The notes under the pieces: model-generated
What the model was told of the DNA's origin: nothing
Databases searched by the model: none
What the model saw: only the letters and a program-made list of their open reading frames with translations
Made by a program: the position numbers and the translations under genes
Shown: positions 23,640 to 37,371 of the stretch, in pieces
Numbering within the stretch: position 1 is the stretch's first letter
Layout: every line of letters starts with the position of its first letter
Assembly: GCF_006345805.1 (NCBI RefSeq)
Contig: NC_043012.1
Span: 33,790,001-33,854,000, forward strand
From: Octopus sinensis
Lineage: Eukaryota
Direction of reading: 5' to 3'
DNA length: 64,000 nt

Positions 23640-24053
23640 GGATCTTTTCGGTTTGACCGGCAGTTTTTAAAAAATAATTTCCACGTAACTAAACACTTTT
23701 AAACTTCGTATACTGGTAGAATGTGTTTATAAAACATCTTTTTCTCTTGGCTTTATTGAGAAAATTCTATGGTTTATAAGATATTTGTTGGGGGGGGGGG
23801 TTCTGTAATTTCAACCAATCAATGACGTCTATTGAGGTTAAAAGCATTCTGTGCCGTATGAATATGTCCCTCGTTTAAGAAACAGATTGGGTTTATTTAC
23901 ATTTCTGAAGAAAAAACAGATACCCTTCCACCACCCTTAACCCTAACCCTAAAACAGGTTGAAATGCAATAGATCGATTCTAGGGTCATAATTATGGGTG
24001 ACAATTTCATATGACACCGCTAGAAAAAACTGCCGTTCAAACCGAAAAGATCC
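23640..24053. mobile_element. MITE, 414 bp, 29-bp TIR, inserted in (TA)n
   Basis: GGATCTTTTCGGTTTGACCGGCAGTTTTT ... AAAAACTGCCGTTCAAACCGAAAAGATCC (1 mismatch). Confidence 0.9.
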
Positions 24054-24559
24054 TATATATAAATATACAACTTACCATGCGCATATATAACACACACACA
24101 CATATATATATATAGACACACTTTATTATTCTCCTATATATTTATACTTCCACACACACCCTGGCTGCTTCCTTTCTTGAAAACCACCTTAAGCCGCCGG
24201 TCTTCTCGACACTTACAGCTGTTTCTCCCACCACTTCTCTTTCTCTCTCTCTCTCTTATGTTTTACTATTTCTATTCTCCTTCTATCTCTTTCTTTCTCT
24301 CGTCTCTTTCATTCTCTCTGTTTCACTCTTTCTCGCTTTATTTCCTTCCTTTTTACTCGCCGTCTTCCTTTTTTTTTTCTCTCTTTCCCCCCATGTAATC
24401 TTTCTTTTTTTTCTCTCTACATTGTTACTTTCTAACTCTTCCTCTCTTCCCTTTCATTACTTTTCCTCTTCTCTTTCTCTCTTAGCTTTCTATTTCCTAT
24501 TTCTCCCTCTGTTTTTCATTACACTCTCTCTCTCTCTCTCCTTCTCTGTACGAAATAAG

Positions 24560-24864
24560 GGTACTACTTGCGAACAGTGGTCCCGGTGCGCGCTCTCGCG
24601 TACTCGCGCATCCGCGCCAGCTAGTCATGACTAGTCGATCCTCTGTGTTTTTGTGTTATTTACTTTGTTTAAAGAATTATTTACGTTGTGTTTCTGTGTT
24701 TTACTTACTTTGTTGTTTAGCAAAAATTATTTACTTTGTGTAAAAAAAAATTATTTATTTTGTGTTTTATTTACTTTGCTAGGGGTAGTCGTTGTAGGAT
24801 CGACTACTTACGACTAGCTAGCGTGCGTGTGCGCGCACCGGGACCACTGTTCGCTAGTAGTACC
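24560..24864. mobile_element. Merlin-like (or Mutator-like) MITE, 305 bp, 9-bp TSD
   Basis: TIR GGTACTACTTGCGAACAGTGGTCCCGGTGCGCGC with its near-perfect inverse. TSD CGAAATAAG at 24551-24559 and 24865-24873. Confidence 0.9.
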
Positions 24865-27099
24865 CGAAATAAGTGTCACCGACGAAAGTTTTGATGATAT
24901 ATTTATTTAAAACATGTCGAAGAAAGATTGTTTATAGTTTCGGCAAACTTTTTTTTTTTTGTCTTAAATAACCTTTTGATAAATTTGACAAAATTTGATT
25001 TTCAAAGTTGTTGCTAAAAAATAAAACCCTTTTCCTTAGCTACCCCTCCAGTGCCTAACTCCCTTTTTCACATCATTCAGTTACATTTCTTTTTCCTTTC
25101 ACCTACCCCGTGTTTCCTTCTCTTTTTTTACATCCCCCCCCGCTCCTCTCTATTTCTCTTTTCTTTCTTTCCCTCTTCTTTCTATCCCACTTGCCCCATC
25201 ACCCTCAATAACCACCACCTCTTTCCTACCCGTTCAACCGTCCTTTTTCTCTATAAGCCTCTTTTATACCAGCTCACTTTTACTCCCTCTCTCACCATTC
25301 TTACCTTCTCTCTCTACACCATCTCCTCACTCTTATACTCTTCTTTCAAGACTCTTCCAGTCCCACTCGGCTCCAATATCACCAGTTTCACCCCTGCTTT
25401 TGTAATCTACCCATACCCAACAGTTCTTCTATTATCTTCCTTCCTTTCTTTCCTTTCTAATCTCTGTTTCCTATTAATTGTCATCACACATTTCAATTTC
25501 TTCAGTTTTCTTCCGGCTTTCATCTCATTCTCAAAACTTTTTCCTGTCATTCGATTCTTCTTATTCTCATTTTTTCTCTCTCTCTCCTTTCATCGACCCT
25601 CATTTGTTCATGCATTCATTTTATTAAGATTTTCTTTTCAATGCAATTCATTTTATTGCTTCTGAAAAATTTAATCAACATTTATTTTTTCTCGTACGAT
25701 GCAAAAAAATAAATAAACGATTTCATTCTCACCTGGATATGAAAACTTTGACAAAATGAGAAAACTTGATGTTGAAGGCCTTCATTCAACGTTGTTAAAG
25801 AAGGAGAATGTGAAACTATTTCTTTGGTGTCCATTTCTTACTTTCTAAGCAACAATAAAGTAACGCAAGTCAAGTGAAAAGAAATGAGTTTTTCCCTTCC
25901 ATATGGGAATCGAAACCGAGTCGCCAACTTTGCTTACCGGAAACTTAGCTTTTTCATAGTTTGAAAGAAGCCCCAATGTTTTCTCTTTTCGCTTCGTAAT
26001 TCAGATGAGCTTTGATCAACAGCCTTCCCGTTGTGAACATCCTGCTTATTAAGAGAGTATACATTATCTTGTGTTTAAGATGATAGAGTGTGAGAAGATA
26101 TTTGGTTGTTGTTTCTAGCTGATTAAAAGTTCACATAGTGGCTCACTCGTTGGTTCAAACTGTCTCAAACTTGAGGGTTTGTAAACATTTCACATCAATC
26201 CTTCGACATTGCTTGATGTCGTTGAGAAAGGGCATGAATGCCACATATTCATTTACCGCCGCCTTCCTAATTTCAGACGGTAATGGCTCTCGCTGAAGTA
26301 GTAAAAAGTTTAACTTTCAGTAAAATTACTTACATAGACCAGCACCTTCTATTCAAAATAGAATTTATGACCCTTTTTTTTATTATTTGAAAGGTTTTAA
26401 AAGCCAATCAATCTAAAAGTGGTAAAATAGATTCTATGTCAGCCGAATGAATGAGAAATTGTGTCCCACCCTTCCTCCGTCCAGAACTCGAACACTTCCC
26501 AAAATCCCAAACAAGTTGCTGAACACTAAGTTCAGCCCTAAAGGAGCAGGTCTCTGATTAGAGGTGCTCCAACCGTAACCATTCTGTCATAGCGTACCGC
26601 ATCCTACTCTACCCACTTATCCTCTCCGCTTTAAGATGGTAAGATGTGATTTGAGGGAGAATTGCCGGCTGTTTTTACTAGGTTAGGCGACCTCTTATAA
26701 GCTGAATAATCTGACAGGAAGGCCTGGAATAAGGTGGCCGCAATGAGTACCTTGTTCTTTGATACTCTGAGAGAACACAGGTGAAAACAAGAAAAGTGGG
26801 GAGGGGGAATTGTTAGCTTCTTATCTTAATTTTTCGTCGTACCATATTGCCCCCTTTTCTGTTTGCACCTGTTAACCTTTTTCATTCGTTTTTCTGAGAT
26901 AGTTTAATTTCACCAAACCGTTGCAAATAACAATCTCTCTCTCTCTCTCGCTCGCTGTACACATATATTGACTCTTTCACTGTTAAATTCTGCCCATTCT
27001 CCCTTAATACTTTCGTAATTTTTCTTTCTCTCTTCCTCCCATTCAATACCAACAAACCTATTTCGTCTTGTTTCTTCTTCCCATTCAATACATATGTTC

Positions 27100-27130
27100 C
27101 TGTATGTGTGTGTGTGTGTATGTATGTATG

Positions 27131-27187
<57 letters not shown>

Positions 27188-27198
27188 ACGTATGTATG

Positions 27199-27249
<51 letters not shown>

Positions 27250-27299
27250 ATATATATATATGTTATATATGTGTGTGTGGTGTACGTAGTATGTAGTAT

Positions 27300-27333
<34 letters not shown>

Positions 27334-27418
27334 ATTATATATAATGTGTATATAATATGTGTGTGTGTGTACGATTATGTATGTATGTATATATATATAT
27401 AATATATATGTATGTATG

Positions 27419-27449
<31 letters not shown>

Positions 27450-27518
27450 ATATATATATATGATGTGTATATATATGTGTGTGTGTTGTGTACGTATGTG
27501 TGTGTGTACGTATGTATG

Positions 27519-27553
<35 letters not shown>

Positions 27554-27781
27554 ATATATATATATGTATGTGTATATATATATGTGTGTGTGTGTGTACG
27601 TATGTATATATATGTGTGTGTGTGTGTACGTATGTATATATATATATATATATATGTGTGTGTCTGTCTATGTATGTGTAAGTACCAGTTACGGACTGGG
27701 GTCGATGTAATCGACTTAATCCGTTTGTCTGTCCTCGTTTGTCCCCTCTGTGTTTAGCCCCTTGTGGGTAGTAAAGAAATA
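27100..27781. repeat. TA/TG microsatellite block followed by a Meta SINE 3' fragment (27677-27781, +)
   Basis: Seen directly; the SINE tail matches other copies. Confidence 0.9.
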
Positions 27782-27896
27782 TATATATAATGTTGCTGTA
27801 TTTTCTTTCTTTCTAACACCGGTTTTTATTCTCTCACCTTCAAAATCGGTTAGCTTCTCATCCCTTAACTCCCGACCTCTGTTTCAGCCATTATAT

Positions 27897-27946
<50 letters not shown>

Positions 27947-28395
27947 TATATTATATATATACCCACCCTCGAACACCTTGGCTCTATCTTCTCTCTCTCC
28001 GTTCCGGAAAATTCTCTCTTCTTTCATTCATACAACAACCGGCAAAATCTCACCCTCTCACAAGTCGCAGTACTTCTGTCTCCACTCACAGTACCCCTCT
28101 CTCTCTCTCTCCTATACCCCCATACATTCTTCTTTTCCTTTCTTTTTTCACTACAAATGATTTCTTTTCCTTTTTTCCTCTCTCTATCCCAAAAACTTCT
28201 CACCCCCAACTTCCCATCTACCATAACATATTTAAAACATCTCTAATCCATATTTTCTCTACCTGATCTCTCCTACATTTCTCATTTCGTCAACTGACAT
28301 CTCTCACCCTCACTCTCTATCCATTTTATTCTCTACCGGCTTCTCCCATGCGCTCTATCTATTATTATTATCATCTTTTCACTCTTTTCCACCGG

Positions 28396-28434
<39 letters not shown>

Positions 28435-28977
28435 ATTCTTCTAGTGATATTCCACTGACAAAATATACTTTTATCATATCTGTCTCTCACTCCCTTTCTT
28501 TCTCTACTGTCATGTTCCCCCCATTCTCTTTCTCTCTCTTGCCTCACCCTCTCTCTATTTCTCCACCTCTGTCGCCACCCCTCTATATAACTCATCCTCT
28601 CTCTCTCTTTCTATTATGTCCCCCTCTCTCTGTATCTCTTTCATCCCCTCTCCTCCTCACATTTATGATAAACGAACTCCAATGGAAAATTTCCAGTCTC
28701 TTAAAACATTATAAACTTTTCTTCTGCTGCTGCTTCTCTTTAAACATCTCAGAATAAACATTTTGTCAAACTTCTTATCAAACAATTAGCCTTATCAAGC
28801 CTTTTCCTTCTTTCTTTTTGTCTTTCTTTCTCTTTCTTCTTATAGAGGCACGACAAGATCTTATAGGGTTCGAATTTCGGCTGCAGTAGTTTCTATTCGT
28901 TTTGATTTTCACAATCTCGGTTTTCCTCGCTACCCTCTCCCTCTTCTTACATACAGTCGATCGACCAGCAAAGTCCA

Positions 28978-29073
28978 CATACACACACAATATATATATA
29001 TATATATATACACACATACATATATATATATATACACATACATACATATATATACATACATACATATATATAC

Positions 29074-29104
<31 letters not shown>

Positions 29105-29124
29105 CACATACATACATATATATG

Positions 29125-29164
<40 letters not shown>

Positions 29165-29526
29165 CATATACTATATATATACATATATATACATGCATAT
29201 ATACACATACATACATATATACATATATATACATGCATATATATACATACATACACATACATACATACATATATATATACATGCATATCATATATATATA
29301 TATACATGCATATACATATACATACATACATATATATGCATATACATACATACATATATATACATGCATATATATATATATATACATGCATATATATACA
29401 TATATATATATATATATACATGCATATACATACATACATACATACATATGCATATACATACATAGCATATATACATACATAATATATTAAATGCATACAC
29501 ACAATACATCACAACATACAACACAC

Positions 29527-29593
<67 letters not shown>

Positions 29594-30115
29594 GAGAGAG
29601 AGAGAGGTACTCATTCGTAGATTATTATATAGTTGGTCCTTATTTAGGGTTCTTTGATTAGTTTTAATTAATAAACAGCGATTTCTGTGGAATCTTATCA
29701 AGTTTTCTTTCCCCTCTTTGTTTCCTTCCCAAACTCTCTTTCTTTCTTTCTTTCTTGTCTTCCTCTGCATATAACACTTATTCATTCTGCTGTGTCTGCA
29801 ACTCTTTCCTGCTGACCTCATTCGTGCACCCCCCCCCCCAATCATCCTTTCTTCAGGAAAAACCTATCAACGTCACAAACATTCCTGTTCACCTTTTATT
29901 AAACCCCCAGAGCAACATAATACACACACATACATACATATTACATATACACAAATATATATATATATATCTATATATATATATATATATAGTTATATTA
30001 TGTGTGTATATGTGTGTGTATGTGTGTGTGTGTATATTATATATAAATGTATATATATATATATATGGTGTGTATATATGTATGTATATATATATATATG
30101 GATATATATACATAC

Positions 30116-30146
<31 letters not shown>

Positions 30147-30157
30147 TATAATATATA

Positions 30158-30200
<43 letters not shown>

Positions 30201-30520
30201 GAAGGAACTGTTAATCTTTTCGGTCACGTATCTTATTGTCTTTTCTCTTTTCCACCTCTCCTCCCCCCTCTCCTCTCTCTCTCTCCCTCTGTGTTACATG
30301 TATAAACGTATATATACATATGCATTTCTCTACTGCTTGTTTGTTTGTATGTGTGTATATATGTATGTATGTATAGGTCTATATATATGCTTGTATTATG
30401 TCTACTGCTTCTCTCTCTGTGTATACGTGTGTCTATTATTTCTCCTGTTTCCGTCTGATTGTGTATGTGTATGTATGTGTATATACCGTTTCCATATGTG
30501 TGTGTATATACACATGCTGT
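28978..30520. repeat. Large compound TA/CA/CATA low-complexity blocks
   Basis: Seen directly. Confidence 0.9.
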
Positions 30521-31904
30521 TTCTATGCGTGACTGTGACACCGACCACAATGACGGTATGAATGTACCAGAACAGCTGATATTTATAACCACCACAGTTG
30601 AACTACCCTCCCTTTACTCCTCTCTCTCTCTCCTCCCCTTCTTCCCATCTTCCCTTCACTCTCTCTCATCTTCTTCCCTTCTCTCTCTCTCAACTTCTTC
30701 CCTTCTCTCTCTCTTCTCTCTCTTTTCTTCTCCAGCCGGCTTTTTCCTATCACACCATACATTGACGCCGTTCCACTCCCCGTGACCCTATATTTTCCCT
30801 TAACATTTTTTTTTTTACAATTCTCTACTTATATTTTTTTTAAAAATCCTTTTTATATATTTCTAAACTGAAACCATTCAAGCGAGATTGATTTTTTTTT
30901 TGGTTACTGGATAGATATTATGTGTATCCACTTGCGTATATGTAGAGTGTGTGTGTATAGAACGATATGTGTTTAGAATAGCGTCGATAAAGTGCGTATA
31001 TATCTATTTATGTGGTGTATGTATATATATATATATATATATATATAGATATATATATTTATATTGGTAAAAACGGTAAGATAACAAAAGAAGAAAGAAA
31101 GAGACCTCAATATTATGTAAATAGAGGAAATTTATATATATATATATATTATATTACACATAAATAAAAATATATACGCACTTTATATATGTTTGTATGT
31201 ATTGTATGTATGTATTTATATATATATTATATATATATTATATATATATATATATATCACATAAATAAATATATACGCACTTTCTATATGTGTATGTATG
31301 TATGTATATATGTATATATAAATTTGTATATAACGATATGAGTGTGGATAAGCGTCGGTAAAGTGCGTGAAGTGATAGCACTGTAATTTTGTTAAATTGT
31401 TGTGTGGTTGACACAGATATGAAATACTTTGGAAGAATAAATCAAATTTTAAACTTTCAATGAATATTTATTGTCTCACACAATGCCATGTAAGTCTGAA
31501 CTTACTGTGTACGTATGTCGGTTATTTATCGGATCAGCTGTCAAGTAAAACAGGCAGAGGTGTATATAGTGCCCTGTTGAAAATGCAGTACAGACAGGAG
31601 ACAGTAGACAAAGTTTAAACTTCTCATTGGATAATATCCCTGAAACCTGTCAGGGAGACTTTTCTATTTCTTATATCGGTTTATGTTCTCTACCAGTACT
31701 GAAGATTAGTTGTAACACACATCCATAAAGTGTCTACGTTTAGAAACCATGTTTACTTCCTTCAGTTCCAATATATACAAGTTAAGAAGTGGTAGTGTTA
31801 GCCATCGACATTTTTTTTCTCTGAAGACGTTTAAAAAACCTAGATTTCTTTGCTACTGGTGTTGATATCTTATTTAAAAGAGGTATCTGCATGATATCTA
31901 TTCA

Positions 31905-32900
31905 GTAACCACCAGTATGGCTTCAACAAAGCCAGATCCATTTGTGGCCTGCTGTTCTGTCACTTACCAGCTGGATTTTACTCCAGAGAGCAATTTGATA
32001 AAAGCAATGTGGTTGCCTTAGACTTCAGCATATCCTTCCACCATATCTGGCATGCAAAATCTATTAAAACTTCCTACCCACACTCTCTGTTCTTCTCTCA
32101 TCTCTTGTCTGTAGCTTCTGATCAGATTGTACTAGCATAAGATCTGGTCATCAAATCTAAGTAAAGATTTCAAACTTAAAATCTTCAAAGCCACAGTCGA
32201 ACCAATTCTACTATATTGCTCAGAAATCTGGACGTTATCAAAGAAGCTTGAGAGGCGGTTGGATGGAACTTACACTCACCTCCTTATCAGAGCTCAAAAT
32301 CTCTCGTGGAAGCGTCATCCAACCAAAGTACAAATATATGGGAAACTACCACCTGTATTATCTCTTGTGAAAGGTAGGAGAGTCCAGTTTGCTGGTCATT
32401 GTTGTAGAGCTGAAAACGAGGTAATTTCTACTCTTCTCCTCTGGAAGCCATTATGTCGCAGTACCAGAGGGCACACACTCTCCTACCCTGATGTAATCTC
32501 CAGGAATACAGGCATCCAGCAACAGGACCTCCGTAATGCTATGATGGACCGTGAAGTCTGACGTAACATAGTAAATTCCATTGTCTCGACCACGGTCGAA
32601 CAATGAATGAATGACGCATACTACTTGTTGACTGAGCTTTTCTGTTCCACTCTCTGTCAACCCTAATGGTCCCTCGATTTTGGTTTTGACCCCTTTGCCT
32701 TACTCTCTTATTCATATATGATTGGCTTGCATAGCACCACATTCAGCAACACATCTTTTAGCAGATGACACAACTCTCCACCCCCCACCCCAACCATGCA
32801 TCACCCACATGCAATGTAGACACCCTCATGCTAAACCTGCACTGATTCTATGAATAGGAACCTTCAGTGAGGCTGTTCTAACCAAAACGGAATTGACCCC
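31905..32900 (+). mobile_element. Old CR1/Jockey-type RT remnant, split by a younger RTE-type insertion
   Basis: HQYGFNKARS..VALDFS..FHHIWH before the insert and ADDTTLH (YADD-like) after it. Confidence 0.55.
32142..32614 (+). mobile_element. RTE/RTE-X LINE 3' fragment
   Basis: IFKATVEPILLYCSEIWTLSKKLERRLDGTYTHLLIRAQNLSW..RRVQFAGHCCR..AMMDREV; (AATG)n tail. Confidence 0.88.
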
Positions 32901-33007
32901 ACCTCAAAAAAAAAAAAAATAGAAAGAAAGAAAAAGAAAGAGCAACCCAATATCAAAGAACCACAAGCACACCATTATAATAACACAAGTGGTATTCAGC
33001 TCCATAA

Positions 33008-33211
33008 GGCAGCGAGATGGCAGAAACGTTAGCACACCGGGCGAAATGCTGAGCGGTATTTCGACTGTCTTTACGTTCTGAGTTCAAATTCCGCCGAGGT
33101 CAACTTTGCCTTTCATCCATTCGGGGTCAATAAATTAAGTACCAGTTACGCACTGGGGTCAATGTAATCGACTTAATACCTCGGTCTGTCCTTGTTTGTC
33201 CCCTCTATGTT
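33008..33211 (+). mobile_element. Meta-domain SINE
   Basis: Matches family B. Confidence 0.9.
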
Positions 33212-33307
33212 ATATATATATAATGGGAAGGTTTACGAAAATAAACAAAAGACGAAGGCAGGTGAGAGGAGTACAAACAAACAATTTACTATAATATATA
33301 TATAATA

Positions 33308-33346
<39 letters not shown>

Positions 33347-33357
33347 TATATATATAT

Positions 33358-33723
33358 ATCATCATCATCGTTTAACGTCGCTTTCCATGCTAGCATGGGT
33401 TGGACGATTTGGACTGAGGGCTGGCAACCCAGATGGCTGCACCAGGCTCCAATCTTGATCTGGAGAGAGTTCTACAGCTCGATGCCCTTCCTAACACCAA
33501 CCACCGAGAGTGTAGGGGTGCTTTTTACGTGCCACCGGCACGGGGGGCCAGTTCAGGTGGTACTGGCAACGGACCCCCTCGCTCAAATCATTTTTACACA
33601 TGCCACCAGCCACAGGTGCCAGTAAGGCAACGTTGGTAAGATCATGCTCGAATGGTGCCCTTTTACGTGCCACTGGAAGCCAGTTTGCTGCTCTGGCAAC
33701 GATCACACTCGGATGGTGCTCTA
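33358..33723 (-). mobile_element. RTE LINE 3' end
   Basis: Tail plus about 3 tandem units. Confidence 0.85.
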
Positions 33724-34144
33724 GATCTGATGTTTATGGCCTGCAGTGGGCACATTAATTAAGATATATATATATATATATATTATAATATATATATATA
33801 TATATCATTTGAATGTGTCTTCTGTGCTGGCATGGGTTGAGCCATTTGACAGGAACTGAAAAGTTAGAGGCTCACATCATGCTCCAGTGTCTGCTTTGGC
33901 ATAATTTCTATGGCTGGATGCCCTCCTTCCTGCATGAAGTTGAGAGAAACACAGACAAGAAATATATTTTGGCCAAGTTCAACCTCATGAGAAGTCACTA
34001 CCTAAAAGAAAAGTTGAATTAATTAACAAATCTCATTGATTTACTGCCTTATTGAGATAGTTTGGATTACTACACTGCTTGGTCAATATCACACCACCTG
34101 ATACCAACACCACTACTATCTGGTTTTTAGAATGATGTCTTTAA

Positions 34145-34366
34145 CCCATTAGCATTTAAACCGGTTATATCCAGCCAAAAGTATTCTACCTGTTTTATGC
34201 TCAAACTGGCCAGATCTGATCTCTCACACCAACCCTACAAGATCATTTTAAAAATTAATAGCTACCTCATTGAAATCTCATAGCACCAAGATAATGCCTG
34301 ATTAGTTCAAGGCAATGTAGATAAAAAAGGATTAATTTTGGCAGAATAATGCGAACACTAAAAGGG
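34145..34366. mobile_element. piggyBac-type MITE
   Basis: TTAA-CCCATTAG...CTAAAAGGG-TTAA termini. Confidence 0.7.
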
Positions 34367-35146
34367 TTAATGAAGTTCCTTTCATTGCAAACATTCAGAT
34401 GAGACAGTTCCCTTCCTGCAAATGGGTCAGTTTGGATATGAGCCACTTTAATCCCACCCGACCAAGAAGGCTTACACAGTACCTCCTTCTCTCTGCCTGT
34501 CAATGTTTTTTCCTGCATGGTCAGACTGGACATTTGCCACATAAATCTCACCAGACTGCGAAAGCAGACGAAGTTCATGGTTCAGGTGTTGGTGATGCTT
34601 AAAACCAGGCAATGGATTAATGAAGTCTTCTACTGGATCTGTATATTTCTAGCAGATCACTTGACCACATAGAGGTGCCATTGTTGGCTTCTTGACAGTA
34701 TGTTGTTAATTATAATGGTACTAATTGGTAGGAATAGCGAAGTAATTAAATATCAGGTGATCATAGGCTGCACTGACACACAAAAACAAAAAAATAGGAA
34801 CTAAAGTCAGTGACTTACCTGGTGGTTGTTAGTTAATAGAACAATAACAACACCATTTTACTGTTGGTGGGTTAAAGACAGAGGGAAACACACAATACAA
34901 TCACATACACATATGCAAGCTTATACATGCGTGTGCATGCACACATACACATACACACAAATATATACATATACTCACATAAACGCATGCATAAACTCAC
35001 ACAGACACATACATAGACTCACACAGGCACACAAACACCCAATCCTTTATGAATTTTATTGTCTTATGGTTTTCCCTATGTAACTTTTTTTTTCTATTGA
35101 ATCAGTTGAGCATCAGGTAAAATACCTTGTGGTATTTGTTCACACT

Positions 35147-35359
35147 GGCGGCGAGCTGGCAGAATCGTTAGCACGCTGGGCGAAATGCATAGCAGTATTT
35201 CGTCTGCCATTACGTTCTGAGTTCAAATTCCACTGAGGTCGACTTTGCCTTTCGTCCTTTTGGGGTTTATAAATTAAGTACCAGTTAATCAACTTTATCC
35301 GTTTGTCTGTACTTGTTTGACCACTCTGTGTTTAGCCCCTTGTGGGTAGTAAAGAAATA
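35147..35359 (+). mobile_element. Meta SINE nested in an older Meta SINE, 16-bp TSD
   Basis: TSD ggtatttgttcacact / ggtattttttcacact. The host resumes at cattctgagttcaaatc. Confidence 0.88.
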
Positions 35360-36102
35360 GGTATTTTTTCACACTCTTTACATTCTGAGTTCAAATCCAC
35401 CAAAGTCAACAGCCCCATGATAATTACCTTCTTTCCCCATGACCAGTTTTGGAACCCCTTCTAAAGGATCATAAAGTGCTGCCTTTCTATGATAAGCTAT
35501 GAAGAAGAAAAAAAAACAGTAATGATACCCAATTAATATATCTACACACCCTTATTGACATCCCTTATTACTTCAATTTAGTTAAATCTGATACACCTGT
35601 CCCCACCTCCCCTAGCATCATCTAAAACATTTCACCTCTACTGTTAATACCCTTCTCCTCCACCACCTCCTCCTGACCCGTAAAAATTTAGAAAAACAGG
35701 TTTTTTGGGGTTTTTTTTAATTGGGAAATGGTGATGTATATAGGGGTGGGGAGTTATTTTGTTTTTTTTTTGTTTTACCTTTTTTCTGTTCAGTTTGAAC
35801 CTTAATTTTTGTGTATACACATACACACATTTTCAGTCCCATCAATATAAGTTTATAACACAACACACACACACACACATATATATAGTATACACACACA
35901 TATACATGAATACATATATACACGTGCAGCTCCCAGCCTTAGCAGCTCTGGTCAAACCATCCAACTCATGCTAGCATGGTGAAGAGACTTTAAATAATGA
36001 TGATGATGATGATGATGTATATACACATATTCACATGTATACATATATACACACACGCATAGACATATATAGACCTGCCTACATTCATACTTACAAATAT
36101 AT

Positions 36103-36691
36103 CTATTTCTTTACTACCCACAAGGGGCTAAAAACAGAGGAGACAAACAAGGACAGACAAACGGATTAAGTCGATTATATCGACCCCAGTGCGTAACTGG
36201 TACTTAATTTATCAACCCCGAAAGGATGAAAGGCAAAGTCAACCTCGGCGGAATTTGAACTCAGAACGTAGCGGCAGACGAAATACCTATTTCTTTACTG
36301 CCCACAAGGGGCTAAACACAGAGGAGACAAACAAGGACAGACAAACGGATTAAGTCGATTACATCGACCCCAGTGCGTAACTGGTACTTAATTTATTGAC
36401 CCCGAAAGGATGAAAGGCAAAGTCGACCTCGGCGGAATTTGAACTCAGAACGTAACGGCAGACGAAATTCCTATTTCTTTACTACCCACAAGGGGCTAAA
36501 CACAGAGAGGACAAACAAGGACAGACAAACGGATTAAGTCGATTATATCGACCCCAGTGCGTAACTGGTACTTAATTTATCGACCCCGAAAGGATGAAAG
36601 GCAAAGTCGACCTCGGCGGAATTTGAACTCAGAACGTAACGCCGGCTACGCATTTCGCCCGGCGTGCTATCCTTTCTGCCAGCTCGCCGCC
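36103..36691 (-). mobile_element. Head-to-tail trimer of Meta SINE (184-bp period)
   Basis: Units start at 36103, 36287 and 36471; only one has the 5' head. Flanked by tacaaatatat. Confidence 0.92.
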
Positions 36692-36708
36692 TTAATATAC
36701 AAATATAT

Positions 36709-36747
<39 letters not shown>

Positions 36748-37371
36748 GCAGCTATCCAAACAATTAATATGTGAAATATGGAAAGAAAATTCTGACCGGA
36801 CATGAAAAGCAGATGTTTGCGTTGTGATTGTATTATCTTTTATCAAAGTCCAGTTGAGGTTTCTATTTTTAATAAACTATAATTAGTCATTTAATAAGCT
36901 ATAATTAGTCACTAATATACCATACTTGAAGTAATTTCTATTTTGAGGCACAGGGATGACCCATTTTAGTTTAAGTGCAAAAGTGTTAATTGGTCATTTA
37001 CAAATTTAAAAAAATATATATTTTTGCTGTAGTGTCAACATTGTGTGCCCCAGCTTGGCCATAGTCCAATGACTGAAACAGGTAATAAAAGAGACACTCC
37101 AAAGATTTGGAATTTTTTTTCTTGTTTTTGTTTTTCTTCTACTTTTAATGGACAGGAGAGAAGAATTTCAGGTTTTATGACATTCGTGCAGCTTATCTCT
37201 TCCTTTCCTTTAGAAAAACTGTTGGGGCTTCTTTGGGAGTTAAAATAACTGTTACAGGTAGAAATGGGGTACCTTTTTAATATTTTGTCTTTTTTTTTTA
37301 ACTTGTTTCAGTCATTGGACTGTAAAACTTGGTGGTGGTGATGGTGACAGGAGTAGTGATAGTGTGGCATC

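Noticed and set aside
25051-25665. 204-aa F/L/S-rich membrane-like ORF
   Set aside because: Product of a C/T-rich low-complexity tract.
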